Origin: Chiloscyllium plagiosum
Taxonomy: Eukaryota
Length of the DNA stretch: 64,000 nucleotides
Assembly (NCBI RefSeq): GCF_004010195.1
Contig: NC_057755.1
Coordinates: 12,084,966 to 12,148,965 of the forward strand
Direction of reading: 5' to 3'
In this document: positions 11,891-25,068 of the stretch, piece by piece
Layout of the letters: each line of letters opens with the position of its first letter
Position numbering within the stretch: the stretch's first letter is position 1
Notes under the pieces: generated by a model
Seen by the model: only the letters and a program-made list of their open reading frames with translations
What the model was told of the DNA's origin: nothing
Databases searched by the model: none
Position numbers and translations under genes: made by a program

Positions 11891-13109
11891 CCATGGCATA
11901 CCTTTCATTTTAAATATTCATCCAGATGCTTCTTAAATGTCATCTCCACTTACTCTCATGCAGCATGTTCCATATTTTTACTACCCTCTAGGTGAGAAAA
12001 TTCTTTCTCGGGTCTCCTCTAAACCATTTGCTCCTCATGTTAAACCTATGCCCTCCACTCTTAGACATGACTGCCGAAGGGAAAGGATTCTCACGACCTG
12101 CCCTGTCTTTGGCTCTCATAATTTTGTAAACCTCAATCAGAACCCCCTCAGCCTCCTCTGCTCCAAGGAAAACAAGCCTAGCCTTTCTGTCTTTCCCAAT
12201 AACTGAGCCGTTCCACTGCAGGCAGCATCCTGATGAATCTCCTCTGCATTCTGTCCAGTGCATTTGCATCCTTCTGATAGTGTAGTGACCAGAATTGCAC
12301 ATAATATTTAATCTGTCACATAACCAAAGTTATAACAAATATTCCTTGTCCTTTATTCTAGGTTCTGGCTAATGATAGGAAGCATTCTGTAAGCCTTCTT
12401 CACCACTATCTGTGCTGACACCTTCAGGGATAATATGACGGATGCATCTGCAGCTGGCTGATGGGTGATGATCAAGTTAAGTATGGCTTTCCCTTTTGTT
12501 GGATCCCTCACTGTCTGCGAGAAACCCAGTCTAACAGCAATGTTCTGACCAACTCAATCAGTAGTGCTGCTGCTAAGCCACTCTTGGCAGTTAACATTAA
12601 AATCTCCCACAATGTAATACATTCTGCACCCTTGCCATCCTCAGTGCTTTCTGCAAGTATTACTCAATGTGGAGGAGCAGTGATTCATCAGCAGGATGTT
12701 TCCTTGTTAATGTTTGACCTGATGTCAGTACGCGTCAAAGCTGATTGTTTAGGAGATCAAGGGTTACATGGGTTGAATAGCCTAATTCTGTTTCTATATC
12801 TTGTAGCAATTCCTTTCTGACTTTATACATTTTAAAGTCACTTCTGGCAACCATATCTTGCTGGTGGAATAGGCTACACCCCGGTAAGTTGATGGAGACA
12901 TTTTGGATATTGTTTGTAAGATTTGATTCAGTAAGTATGAGTATATCAGGCCAATATCTGTGGGATAGCTCTCCCAATTTTGACAAATTCCACTGATGAT
13001 CAGAAGGAGCTCTGTATAATGTCAATTTAGTGGAATGTACTTGTCATTCTCATTGATTTGGTCATTGCCAGATGATTCATCTGGGTTTATTCTTATTTGT
13101 CTGGCATTA

Positions 13110-13360
13110 GTTAATATTACTAAATGGCTTGCTCAGCCATGTCAGCAGGTACTTAAGAGTCAGACACATGGTTTTGTTACATACAGTTAAGAATGGCATG
13201 TCCCCTTCCAAAAGGACATGAATAAATCAGATGGGAGGTTTTTTTGGATAATTCAGTAGTTTCATAATCATTAAAGTAGTCTTCTTCAATATTGTTAGTT
13301 AATTAATTGAATGTAACTAGAATAAAAACCTGTCTCTGGATTTTTTGGCCAAGTTGCTGA
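13110..13360 (-). mobile_element. SacSINE1-like DeuSINE, decayed
   Basis: Reverse-complement similarity to the copy at 59820. Confidence 0.5.
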
Positions 13361-13509
13361 GTTACTCAGGAAGAATACACATGTACCAACAAAGGAAATG
13401 CTGCCCAATTTTAAAATGAAAAAGGGTGTGTTTGTGACTTAAAACTGATTCGGCAGCGGTGTACTTGCTGCTGCTCCTCGTAAGCCCTCCTTGGACTTAG
13501 TACAGGTTT

Positions 13510-14030
13510 TCTGCACTGAAAGTTGCCAAGACATCAGGAACAAATGAGATGCATCCAAGGTTATTGAGGGAAATGAGGGTGGAAATTGTGGAGACACTGG
13601 GCAGGATTTTTAATTCTTCTGCGGGTACAGAAGTGATGCTAGACAACTGGATAACAGTAACTTTTCCACTCTTATTCAAAACAAGGCTGTAAGGACCAGT
13701 CCATCAATTGCAGACCAGTCAGTTTAACTTTAGTGGTGGAGAAGCTGCTACAAATGACAATTTGGGGCAAAATTAACAGTCCTGTTTGGCCAATTGCAAA
13801 TTAATTAAGGAAAGCCAACAGTGATTTGTTAAAGACCAATCATATTTAGCCAATAGACAGGGCTAGTGAGGTTAATGTTACTGATGTGGTGTACAGAGAC
13901 TTCCAAAAAGCATTTTCCAAAGAGCCATGCAACAGACTGGTGAGAAAAGTTAGAGATTGTACAACAAACACATGGCAGCATGGTTACAAAATAGGCTAAA
14001 TGACAGGAAATAGATTAGTGGCAGAATTCT
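13510..14030 (+). mobile_element. CR1 LINE RT fragment, decayed
   Basis: agaccagtcagtttaac (RPVSLT), gacttccaaaaagcattt (DFQKAF). Confidence 0.7.
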
Positions 14031-15954
14031 TTGCTGAAAAGGTATTGGTGATGTAGATGGGCTTTTATTAAACTTGACATTTTCATAGCCACCTTTTCCT
14101 GAGCCTTTTATTCCAAATCAATTAAACCATTGTGCCATGGTCAGATTCTATAATGGGATTCTTTGTAAGTCAATATTAAAGCCAATGTTTTTCTTGACTG
14201 TACAAGACACAGATTCGAAATTTGATATGTGACACAAAACTTGTAAGCGCTGTGACCCATGAGGACAGTGACGGACTTTAAAGGTTGAAAATCACACAAC
14301 ACCAAGTTATAGTCCAATAGGTTTATTTGGAAGCACTAGCCTTCGAGCACTGCTCCTTCATCAGGTGATTGTGGAGAATAAGATTATAAGACTCAGAATT
14401 TTACAATGCAAAAGTTTACAATGTGATGTAACTGAAATTATTTATAGAAAAAGACCCAGATTGTTTGTTAAGTCCCTCATCTTTTAGAATGGTCATGATG
14501 GTTTCAGTTCTTTCATACGTAAATCACAAAACTTTTTTTAAAAATTACATTCTCAAGTGAACTTTAACAATTGGTGTCATGTCAACCCAGATAAGGTATT
14601 GAAGGTGTTAGCTCCCTGTGAGGCTGTCTGTGCCACAATGGTCAGACTGATTCTAATCTAAAAAACAGCTTTACAGAATCTTACATGGATTCATACAGTT
14701 TTTGAGCAAAGTAAAACGTAATTCTGAAAGTACAAATTCACCCCACAAACTTATATGTGTATGTTGCCATATCATCGACCACCAGTTCCGACGTGCCACA
14801 GCAAGGAACCGTAATGACCTCCTCAGGAGACAGACACATGCTGCAACCGACAGGGTACCCTTCGTTGTCCAGTATTTCCCGAAAACCTATGCCATGTTCT
14901 TCATGACCTGCAACACATTATCAATGAGGATGAGCACCTCGCCAAAATCTTCCCCATACCTCCACTACTTGTCTTTAAACAGCCACCAAACTTCAAACAG
15001 ATCATTGTTCATAGCAAACTGCCCAGCTTTCAGGACAATACCACGCAATCTTGTCACGGTAGACGCTGCAAGATGTGTCAGAATGTCGACACGGATACCA
15101 CCCTTACACGTGGGGACACCACCCACAATGTGCATGGCAGGTACTCATGCAATGCAGCCAATGTTGTCTACCTCATACATTGCAAGCAAGGATGCCCGGA
15201 GGCATAGTTCATTGGCGACAGCAAACAGAGGCTAAGGCAATGGATAAATTGACACTGCAGAACAATCAACAGACAGGAGGAGTGTTCCCTCCCAGTCAGA
15301 GAATACTTCAACTGTCTGGGATGTTCAACCTCGGAGCTTTGGGTGACCGTCCTCCAAGGCAGACTTCGAGACAGGCAACAACGAAACGTGGCCAAGTTCG
15401 GTACCCATGGGGATGCCCTCAACCAGGACCTTGGGTTCATGTCACACTACAGGTGACCCCATTGCACTATACACACACAGACAGATGGACACAGACAGAC
15501 AGACAGACACGCAGACACACACACTCACTCAGATCCTCTCTCATGCACTCGCACTCACACATACACTCCACACACACCTTCTCACAGAGTTAAACCCCTT
15601 TACACTTACACTCACATGCATAAACAGACCCTCTCACAGACACTCCTAAACTCTCCCACTGCCCACATCCCCCCGCATACACCCACATACACATATACAC
15701 AGACAGCCTCACAGGGAGCTAACACCTTCAATACATTATCTGAGCCGACATGACACCAATTGTTAAAGTTCACTTGAGAATGTAATTTTTTAAAACAGTT
15801 TTGCGATTTACATATGAAAGAACTGAAACTAACATGTTCATTCTAAAGATGGGAGACTTAACAAACAACCCGGGTCTTTTTCAATATATAATTTCAGTTA
15901 CATCACACTGTAAACTTTTGCTATAATTTCTGAGTCTTACAATCTTATTCTCCA

Positions 15955-15998
15955 CAATCATCTGATGAAGGAACAGCGCTCCGAAAGCTAGTGCTTCC
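15955..15998 (+). ncRNA. Minimal hammerhead ribozyme core (Penelope family B)
   Basis: CTGATGA(A)-ggaac-agc-gctcc-GAAA-GCTA; palindromic AGCT stem III; other copies read ggagc...gctcc. Confidence 0.55.
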
Positions 15999-16030
15999 AA
16001 ATAAATCTGTTGGATTATAACTTCCTGTTG

Positions 16031-16147
16031 AAAATGTGTTGCTGGAAAAGCGCAGCAGGTCAGGCAGCATCCAAGGAGCAGGAGAATCGATGCTTCGGGC
16101 ATGAGCCCTTCTTCAGGACTCCAGCATCTGCAGTCCTCACTTTCTCC
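16031..16147. mobile_element. Penelope family A fragment nested in family B pLTR
   Basis: Family A sequence with internal inversion; TSD tataactt(c/a)ctgttg at 16016-16030 and 16148-16162. Confidence 0.8.
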
Positions 16148-16802
16148 TATAACTTACTGTTGTGTGATTTTTAATTTTGTACACCCCAATCCAACACTGG
16201 CTTCTCCAAATCAAGACATTAAAACAACATAGTCAAGCTGATAGAGCGAGTAGACACGTGCTGCATTAAATTTACTGCAGAGAAACGTGAAGTAATTACT
16301 TTTTGTCAGAAGAATGTGGAGCCCAGTAGCCCAGAAATTCCTGTTTTCAATCTCAATTGGATTAAAAAATTATTCACTTATCTTGAGACAGTTTCTATTC
16401 CAGAGCTGCCTGGATGAGGGCCTTCTCTTGTGCATTTGTCCATGAAACCAGCAGTGGAGAAATCTACATAGAAACTACATCACCTTTTACAGCACTGAGT
16501 GCTGCTTTCTGATGATTAAATATCTAAGACACTATGAAAGACTGAGTGAAGGGCTGAGGTGAGAGGGGAGTTAGGGGATGGTTATGGACCAGGCCAAACC
16601 CCTTCAAAATCTTTCAAGAAAGAAGACTGGACTTTAACTTTCCTATTTGTTTTAAGCAGGTGTATGGTGGATATTCCAGGAGTGATGCAGTTGGCCCAGC
16701 CACTTAGTTTTAAACAAATCAGAATTTATTTATAAATGGCGTCATTTTAATTTAATTTCAATGTGTTATGATCAGTGTATATGATTGTCTCAGATACAGA
16801 TA

Positions 16803-17130
16803 GGGGTGGCACGGTGGCTCAATGATTAGCACTGCTGCCTCACAACACCTGGGACCCGGGTTCAATTCCCGCCTCGGGCAACTGTCAGTGTGGAGTTTGC
16901 ACATTCTCCCCGTGTCTGCGTGGGTTTCCTCTGGGTGCTCCAGTTTCCTCCCGCAGTCCAAAGATGTGCAAGTCAGGTGAATTGGCCATGCTAAAATTGC
17001 CTGTAATACTAGGTGCATTAATCAGGGGTAAATGTAGAGGAGTAGGACTGGGTAGATTGCTCTTCGAAGGGTCGGTGTGGACTTGTTGGGCTGAAGGGCC
17101 TGTTTCCCCACTGTAGGGAATCCAAAAAAA
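16803..17130 (+). mobile_element. HE1-type SINE at the Gmr1 RNase H/3'LTR junction
   Basis: Full head-core-tail. Confidence 0.9.
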
Positions 17131-17834
17131 AAGATTACAGATAACATAAACATTGAAATATTGTAATGCCAACATCAAGCTCAAAGTTTCCTTCTCCACT
17201 GTCAAATATTTCTGCAGATGGATGTTCAGTTTCCTGGAAAAATACCTGATAGGTCTTTCTATCTTCTCGTCGTCCTTCTGTAAGAGCACAGAACCGACAC
17301 CCACATCACTTGCATCGATAGCCATCTTGAATGGCTTTGAGTAATTAGGTGTGGCTAATACTGGGGCAGTCATTAACACAGTTTTCAGGCTGTCAAATGC
17401 CTTCTGACAGCCCACTGTCCACTGAAACTTCTTACCTTTCTTTAGCAATTCAATGAATGGAGCAGCCACACTGCTAAAATGTAGTACAAATTTTCAATAA
17501 AATCCATTCAGTGGCAGGAATCATACTACTGCTCTCTGTGTCGATGGTTTAGGAAATTTCCCGATTACCTTTGTTTCTGCATCCCATGGGGCCATTTGTC
17601 CATATCCAATAACATGGCCCAGGAAAGTGACTTGGACCTTGGCAAATTCACTTTAGTCAGGTTTATCATCAAGCCTGCCTTCCGAAGTTGATTGAACAAT
17701 TCTGATAAATGTTGCAAATGTTCCTTCCATGTGTGACTAAAAATCACCAGGTCATCAATGTAAGCTACACAACTAGGTAATCCGAAAATAACCTAATTGA
17801 TTAGTCTCTGAAATGTGGCTGGCACATTTTTCAT

Positions 17835-18038
17835 GGAGAAAGTGAGGTCTGCAGATGCTGGAGATCAAAGTTGAAACTTTATTGCTGGAAGCAGGTCAGG
17901 CAGCATCCAGGGAACAGGAGATTCGACGTTTCGGGCACAGGCCCTTCTTCCTGGCTTGTGAAGGGCCCGAAACGTCAAATCTCCTGTTCCCTGGATGCTG
18001 CCTGACCTGCTGTGCTGTTCCAGCAATAAAGTTTCAAC
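17835..18038. mobile_element. Penelope family A fold-back mini-insertion in Gmr1 RT
   Basis: Arms gttgaaactttattgctggaa / ttccagcaataaagtttcaac; 16-bp TSD ctggcacatttttcat at 17819-17834 and 18039-18054. Confidence 0.9.
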
Positions 18039-18136
18039 CTGGCACATTTTTCATACCAAACAGCATGACTTTAAACTGATACAGCCTATTTAGCGTTACA
18101 GAAGTCGCTCTTTCAGACAAAGTTACATGCCAGTAT

Positions 18137-18251
18137 TGAAAAGTGTGGTGCTAGAAAAGCACAGCATCCTCGGATGCCTGACCTGCTGTGCTTTCCCAGC
18201 ACCACACTTTTGGACTCTGCTCTCCAGCATCTGCAGTCCCTACTTGCTCTC
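18137..18251. mobile_element. Penelope family A short fold-back insertion in Gmr1 RT
   Basis: aaaagtgtggtgctagaaaagcacagca / tgctgtgctttcccagcaccacactttt plus family A terminus. Confidence 0.75.
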
Positions 18252-20115
18252 AGTACCTGCTAGTATCCTCTGAGCAAGTCCAACTTAGAAATATAAGTTG
18301 CTTTTTCTACCTTGTCAACATGGCCTTTCAAACATGGAATCAGAAATGCATCAGCCTTTGTGACTGCATTGACTTTGCAATAGACCACACTTAACTGTTG
18401 GGTACCATCTAGTTTTGGCACCATTACAATGGGTGAGCTCCAGTCACTGTAACTCACTTCGATTCAGTTGTCTTGGAACTTTCAATCTCCTTTTGAACCA
18501 ATGCTATCTTTAAAAGGTTATGCCTATAAGAATGTTGCTTAATCAGAACAGCATCTCCTATACCTACATCATCCATAATTAGGTGAGTACTTCCCAGCTT
18601 ATTTCCATTTGTCTCCCCATGTGATAGTAATACTCTTTTCAGGTCATTTCAATTTTCCTCTGGAAGGTAACTCAATAATTTATCCCAGTTTTTGACAGCT
18701 TCCTCATGGTCCAATTTAATTTGAGGAATGTCCAATTCAGAATCCTCTGAACTTAGTTCTTCACTCTGTGTTGTAACCAGTAACATAGTCTCCTTGGCTT
18801 TCCTTCACCATCACAATACCTTTTGAGCATATTCACATGACATGTGAGATTTCTTCCAGACTGGAGTCCTTATCAAATAGTTGACTTCACTCAATTTCCT
18901 TTCAACTTGAAAACGTCCACTAAACTTTTCTTTGAAAGGTTCACCTATCACTGGAAGTAATACCTTATCACCAATAGGAAAATTGTGAATTTTCGATTTA
19001 TTGTCTGCTTTCTGTTTCATTGTATGCTGTGATACTTTTAAATGCTGTCTATCCAATTCCCCCACTCTATTTAATCGTTCCCGAAAATTTGACACATAGT
19101 CCAAATATGTGGCCTCTGAATTATGACTTACCATTTCTCCTTAATCAACTTTATTGGTCCTGTCACTTCATGTCCAAAAACAAATTCAAATGCACTGAAT
19201 TTGGTTGATTCATTTGGTGCATCCCTGATCACATAAAGTACAACTGGAATTCCCTTATCCTAATCATCTGGATAGTTTTGACTATCATCCCTCAATATGG
19301 TCTTTAGTGTCTGATGCCATCTTTATAGTGCTCCTTGTGACTCTGGTTGCTACGCAGTAGATTTGAATTGTTTTATTCCTAAGCTGTCCATAACTTCCTT
19401 GAATCATGATGTGAAATTTGACTCTTGATCTGATTGTATCTCTGCGGGTGGTCTGTATCTTGTGAAAGATTTGAGTAACTTGTACAATCCTTTTAGCTGT
19501 GATATTCCTAATAGAATGGCCTCTTGAATTCTAGTGGACACATCCATTATTCTTAACAAATACTGATTCCCTTTTTTTTTGTTTTAGATACTGGTCCTAC
19601 AAAAATCAATTAACACTCTTGTAAAATGTTTCTCAAATGCAGGAATGGGGATTAAAGTTGCACGTTTGATTACTGCCTGTGGGTTTCCAATTACCTGACA
19701 TGAATGACAAGTCTGGCAAAATTCAATTACATCCTTGTGCAGTTCAGGCCAAAAAAAATGTCTTTGCATTTTAGCTTGAGTTTTTCTCACCCTTAAGTGA
19801 CCGTAAATGGTAGTTCATGCGTCACTTGTAACATCTCCTTCCTATAACCCACTGACGATATGACTTGATGAACGTCTGCCCATTTCTCATCTGCCCGAAT
19901 ATGTGATGGTCTCCATTTCCTCATTAAGACATCATTTTCAAGATAGCAGCAATCATGGAGACATTAAGATTCTTTTTCCGTGTATGCTTTTTATCCAATC
20001 ACTTTAAATTTTCATCTTTCTGCTGGAACTCAGTTAATTTATCTGAGCTAAAGATGTCTGCTGTATCATCTATCTGCTCCTGGTTTGTCGAAGGAATTGA
20101 CTGTAGTTGATCATC

Positions 20116-21663
20116 ATGGGCTCTAAAATTAGTAAAGACAAGTCACCAGGTAATGGTAACGATACGGGAAGGATCCCTGATAACATTCCTCCAGAAAGTC
20201 CATTGGGACGGATGTTGAAAAACTGGAAAGATAGTATTTATACTTGAACTAAGGACAAAAGGATTATGATAAAGTATTGCTTTTTGTATGGACTAAGGAA
20301 AGTATAAGACTCCCCTCAGTTTTTTGGCCAAACTATGGGTCAGATGAAGATTTGGACCTGCCAACTCCTCAATATCTATGTCAATGAAAAACAACCCTTT
20401 AGTCAGGAGGAGTCAGACTGCACCTCTTGATGGAAGGGCAGTCAGGACACGCAGGTGTTTCCTGTAGAAACTAAATAATGTCCCTGAGGTGGGACCCCCT
20501 CAGCCCCCCCTTTCCCACCCTCTTGGGACATTCTTGACAACTTACCCCCGCCTTATGACCCCCCCCGGAATCAACCCCCACAGGAAGACCCACAAAATGA
20601 TCAGGGACAAGGGGGACTACTTGGTGCCATGGGGGGTGTGGAAGAAGACACGGGGGAGAGGGAAGGGGAAAAGAAGGGGTCACGGGGTTCAGTGACATGG
20701 GGACAGTCTCAGCAAATGTCTGTACAAGTCTGTCTGCTTAGGGAAGTTCCGATAGGGGCGGGGGATATTGGGTTAGTGAGGGCATTTCAGAAAGAGATGA
20801 AATCCCTTATAGAGGATCCGGTGGGACGACCAGAACAGGTAGACCAATTTTTAGGACCCAGTCTGTATACTTGGACTTAGTTAATGGCCATCCTGAACAT
20901 TCTCTTTACTGGTGAGGAAAGAGGATTAATAAGGCGAGCTGCCTTAAGGTCTTGGGAATGCGAGAATCCCCCAGGTGGTGAGGCACCAGCAGCGGAGCAA
21001 AAATTCCCTCATGTTGATCCACAATGGGACAACAATAATGCAGAAGATCGTAACCGAATGAAAGATCTTAAAATCCTTATTATTAAGGGCATTAGAGAGG
21101 CAGTCCCGAAATCACAAAACCTATCGAAAGTATTTGAGAAAGATGAGACCTTCTTGGCCTTTTCACAGAGACTTCGAGATTCAATGAGAAAATACTCAGG
21201 GATGAATCCTGAGGACCCAATAGCGCAGGGCCTCCTAAAGTACACTTTGTGACTAAGGCATGGCCAGACATCCAGAAAAAAATTCAGAAAATAGATGGGT
21301 GGAGTGAGAAATCACTTGATGAATTGTTAAGAGAGGCACAGAAAGTGTTTGTGAAGAGAGAGGATGAGAAGCAAAAACAGGAGGCAAAAATGATGGTAGC
21401 CACGGTTGATGAAGTAGTCAAGAAAAGAATCGAACTGGTTGACTAGCAACTGGAGTGGAGGGTGGCAGCACGTAGAACATAGAGGAAGGGGTAGAAGACG
21501 AGGAGGACTTCTCATAGGTTCCAGTCGACAAGGACAAGGATAGAGGTGGGGACCCCAAAAAGCAGGGTGTTACCATTGTGGAAGGAAAGGGCACTTTAAA
21601 CGGGAGTGTCCTGAAATACAAAGGGAAGAAAAAACCATCCTGCTCATGAACTTTGATGAAGAC
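20116..21663 (+). pseudogene. gag: ERV gag (stops and frameshifts)
   Basis: MGSKISK myristoylation-type start; IPPESPLGRMLKNW; FWPNYGSDED; capsid (DQFLGPSLYTW, KFPHVDPQWD, QNLSKVFE); single CCHC knuckle CYHCGRKGHFKREC at 21568-21609. Confidence 0.9.
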
Positions 21664-21930
21664 GAGGGGTATCAGTGGTTCCTGACCCCAGGGACCCACT
21701 GGGAACCCTTGATAAATGTAGAGGTGGGCCCTTATAGAGAGGATGTAGTTTTCCTAATAGACATGGGGGCAGCGAGGTCATCCTTAAATTTTATACCCAG
21801 AAGTGTACAATTTACAGATCAGAAAATAATGGTTTCCGGAGTGAAGGGAGAAGGATTTACTGTCCTTGTATTTGAACCAATAACAGTTGAAAATAATGAA
21901 AGAAGAGTTGAAGGACAATTCTTATATATT

Positions 21931-21971
21931 AGAGGAAAGTGAGGACTTCAGATGCTGGAGATCTTATATGG
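21931..21971. mobile_element. 41-bp Penelope family A terminal insertion in ERV protease
   Basis: gaaagtgaggacttcagatgctggagatc; TSD aattcttatatatt at 21917-21930 and 21972-21985. Confidence 0.85.
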
Positions 21972-23475
21972 AATTCTTATATATTCCAGACATAGGGAGC
22001 AACTTGTCAGGAAGGGATTTAATCACACTTTTAGGACTAGGAATTGGAGTGTGCGACCGAAAAATAGTAATAAGAATGGCCATTTTGACCGAGGAACAGG
22101 AGGAACAAATAAACCCCACAGTATGGGCATGTGAAGGCAATTGAGGGCGATTACATATTCTCCCTCTAGAAATTAGCTTGAAAAAGGTGGGGGAGACGGT
22201 ATGCGAAAGACAATACCCCATCTCGACCCAGGGACGAAGGGGGTTACAACCTACGATTGAGAGGTTAATTAAGGACGGTCTGTTGGAACCCTGTATGTCC
22301 CCTTATAATACCCCTATTTTGCCAGTAACAAAAATCAGACAGTACCTATTGGTTGGTACAAGACTTGAGAACGCTTAACCGGATAGTACAGACTCATCAC
22401 CCTGTTGTTCCCAATCCTTATACCCTTTTGAGTAAGATTCAACATGACCGCAAGTGGTTCAGTGTGGTGGATCTAAAAGTCGCTTTTTTGGCATGTCCAC
22501 TGTCAGAAGGAAGTAGAAACATCTGCCTTTGAACAGGCAGATCCAAAAACGGGGCGAAAACAGCAGTATAGATGGACTGAGCTTCCACAGGGGTTCACGG
22601 AATCTCCAAACTTGTTTGGCCAGGTTTTAGAGCAAATTTTGGAAAAGTTTGTAAGTCCCCAAGGCACGACTTTACTGCAATATGTGGATGACCTATTGGT
22701 CATGGGAGAAAATGAGAGGGGAACCACAGAAGCAACTAACTAATTGCTAAACTTTCTGGGACAACAGGGATTGAGGGTCTCAAGGAATAAATTACAATAT
22801 GTAGAGAGAGAAGTGAAATATTTCGGACACTTGGTCAGTGAAGGGAAAAGGAAAATAAGCCCTGAAAGGATTGAAGGAATATTGGGAATGCCATTTCCTT
22901 GGACTAAGCGAGAATTAAGGAAATTCCTGGGGCTTACGGGGTATTGTAGGTTATGGATTGATTCGTACGCCCAAAAAACAAGGAAATTATACTTGAAATT
23001 GTTAGAGGAAGAACTGCAGTTGTTAAAGTGGACAGATGGAGAAAAGGAGTTAGTAGAAGAGTTGAAAAGAAGTTCATGCCCCTGTCCTTGCATTACCTTC
23101 CCTGGACAAACCCTTTCACTTGTTTGCCACCATGGATAAGGGAGCGGCCCTAGGGGTCCTAACCAGCGATGGGGGGTGATGAAACAACCGGTAGCATACT
23201 TGTCTAAATTGTTAGATCCAGTCTCCAGAGGGTGGCCAGAGTGAATGCAGGCAGTAGCAGCGACTGCGCTATTTGTGGAGGAAAGTCGGAAACTCACATT
23301 CGGGGGGGCCTTGATAGTAAGCACCCCGCATCAAGTACGGACTATAATGAACCAGAAGGCAGGGCGGTGGCTTACGGACTCTAGAATTCTAAAATACGAA
23401 GCAATTCTAATTGAGAGGGATGACCTTACATTGATCACAGACACTTGTCTGAATCCAGCTACCTTTCTCTGGAGA

Positions 23476-23884
23476 AAGTTAAAAATCACACAACACAAGG
23501 TTATAGTCAAACAGGTTTAATTGGAAGCACTAGCTAATTGATTGTCTGTTAAGCCTTTCATCTGTTAGAATATAGTGATAGTTTCACTTCTTTCATGTGT
23601 AAATCACAAAACCCTTTTTTTTAAAGTTGCATTCTCGGGTTAGCTGTTAACAATGGTGATAGCTAGACAATATGTTGAATTTTTCAATGTATAATTTCAG
23701 TTACATCACACTGCAAACTTTTGCTATAAATTCTGTGTTACGATCGAGCCCTCCACAATCACCTAATGAAGGAGCGTCGCTCCAAAAGCTAGTGTGCTTC
23801 CAATTAAACCTGTTGGACTATAACCTGGTGTTGTGTGATTTTTAACTTTGTACACCCCAGTCCAACACCGGCATCTCCAAATCA
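23476..23884. mobile_element. Penelope family B short insertion in ERV pol
   Basis: Inverted terminal segments (aaagttaaaaatcacaca / tgtgtgatttttaacttt); degenerate hammerhead ~23763-23792; TSD tttctctggaga at 23464-23475 and 23885-23896. Confidence 0.9.
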
Positions 23885-25068
23885 TTTCTCTGGAGAGGGG
23901 AGAATGAAGCTCCCTCAGACCCAGAATATGATTGACTCGACATTATAGAATATCAGACTAAAGTAAGAATGGACCTTAGAGATATCCCTCTACATGAAGG
24001 GGCTAGGCTGTTCATTGACGGGTCCTCCAGAGTGATTGAAGGTAAAAGTTACAATGGATATGCGGTAGTGGATGGAATAAAAGGGAGTGTTATTGAAGCT
24101 AATAGACTACCCAATGATTGGTCGGCATAGACTTGCGAACTTTATGCACGAGGAAGGGTCCTTAAGACCTTGGAAGGCAAAGAAGGAACTGTATCCCCAG
24201 ATTCTAAGTATGCCTTCGGGGTGGCACACACATTTGGGAAGATATGGCAGGAGAGGGGACTGATAAACAGTAGGGGTAAAGAACTGGCTCATGAGGAATT
24301 GGTAAAGCAAGTAATAGAATCCCTTTTGTTGCCAAGGGAAATAGCAATAGTCCACATAAATGGACATCAGCAGGGAAATGATCCCGAAGCAAAGGGAAAT
24401 AGATTGGCGGATGAAGTCGCTAAGGAGGCAGCTCTGAACCCTCAACCCACTACAATATATATTTTGGTACCGATGGTACAGGAACCTGGGGGGAGACCGA
24501 TATTTAGCGCTAAGGAAGAGAGAGAGTTAGAAGAACTGGGAGCTACGCAGACAGTAGAGATGCTACCTGATGGCCGGGAGATGCTAAGATAATGATGTGA
24601 GAAATTATGGCTGTCTTACACCAGGGGAGTCACTGGGGAGTGCAAGCAATGTGTGATTTGGTCTTAAGGAAATATGGATGCAAAGGGATCTATACGATAG
24701 CTCAACAGATATGTGAGGGATGTATAACATGCAAGAAAATCAACAAAAAGGTATTGAGGAAACAAGTCCCAGGAGGGGGAGAACCTGGGCTCCGACCATT
24801 TCAGAGCATTCAGGTAGATTATACTGAATTACCCCGAGTGGGAAGACTGAGGTATATGCTGGTAATGGTTGATCACCTATCTGGATGGGTGGAGACGTAT
24901 CCTTTAGCTACTGCCACTGCAATTGAGGTGTCCAAGATAATACTTGAACACATAATCCCCAGATACAGGATTGTGGAATGCATAGATTCAGATCAGGGAA
25001 CTCATTTCACTTTCAGGGTACTCCTGGGAGTCCCACATCCCTTGGCACCCACCTTCATCAGGAAAGGT

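Larger units (their letters stand above)
11255..13030 (-). mobile_element. LINE family B (endonuclease region) with nested CR1 3' fragment at 11575-12430
   Basis: HIPHSTITIKPGDQPWFNGEC; PDILILTESNL; nested CR1 with VLIEVYKIM. Confidence 0.7.
14285..16212 (+). mobile_element. Penelope-like element family B, 5'-truncated, with inverted pLTR and GIY-YIG endonuclease remnant
   Basis: 14285-14765 is an inverted copy of the 3' region (~15700-16190); 14765-15450 encodes CHGRRCKMC...SCNAANVVYLIHCKQGCP..FIGDSKQRL (GIY-YIG-like); CA-rich spacer. Confidence 0.85.

Noticed and set aside
16885..17469. 194-aa ORF appearing to fuse RNase H to a novel tail
   Set aside because: Read-through from Gmr1 RNase H into an antisense HE1 SINE
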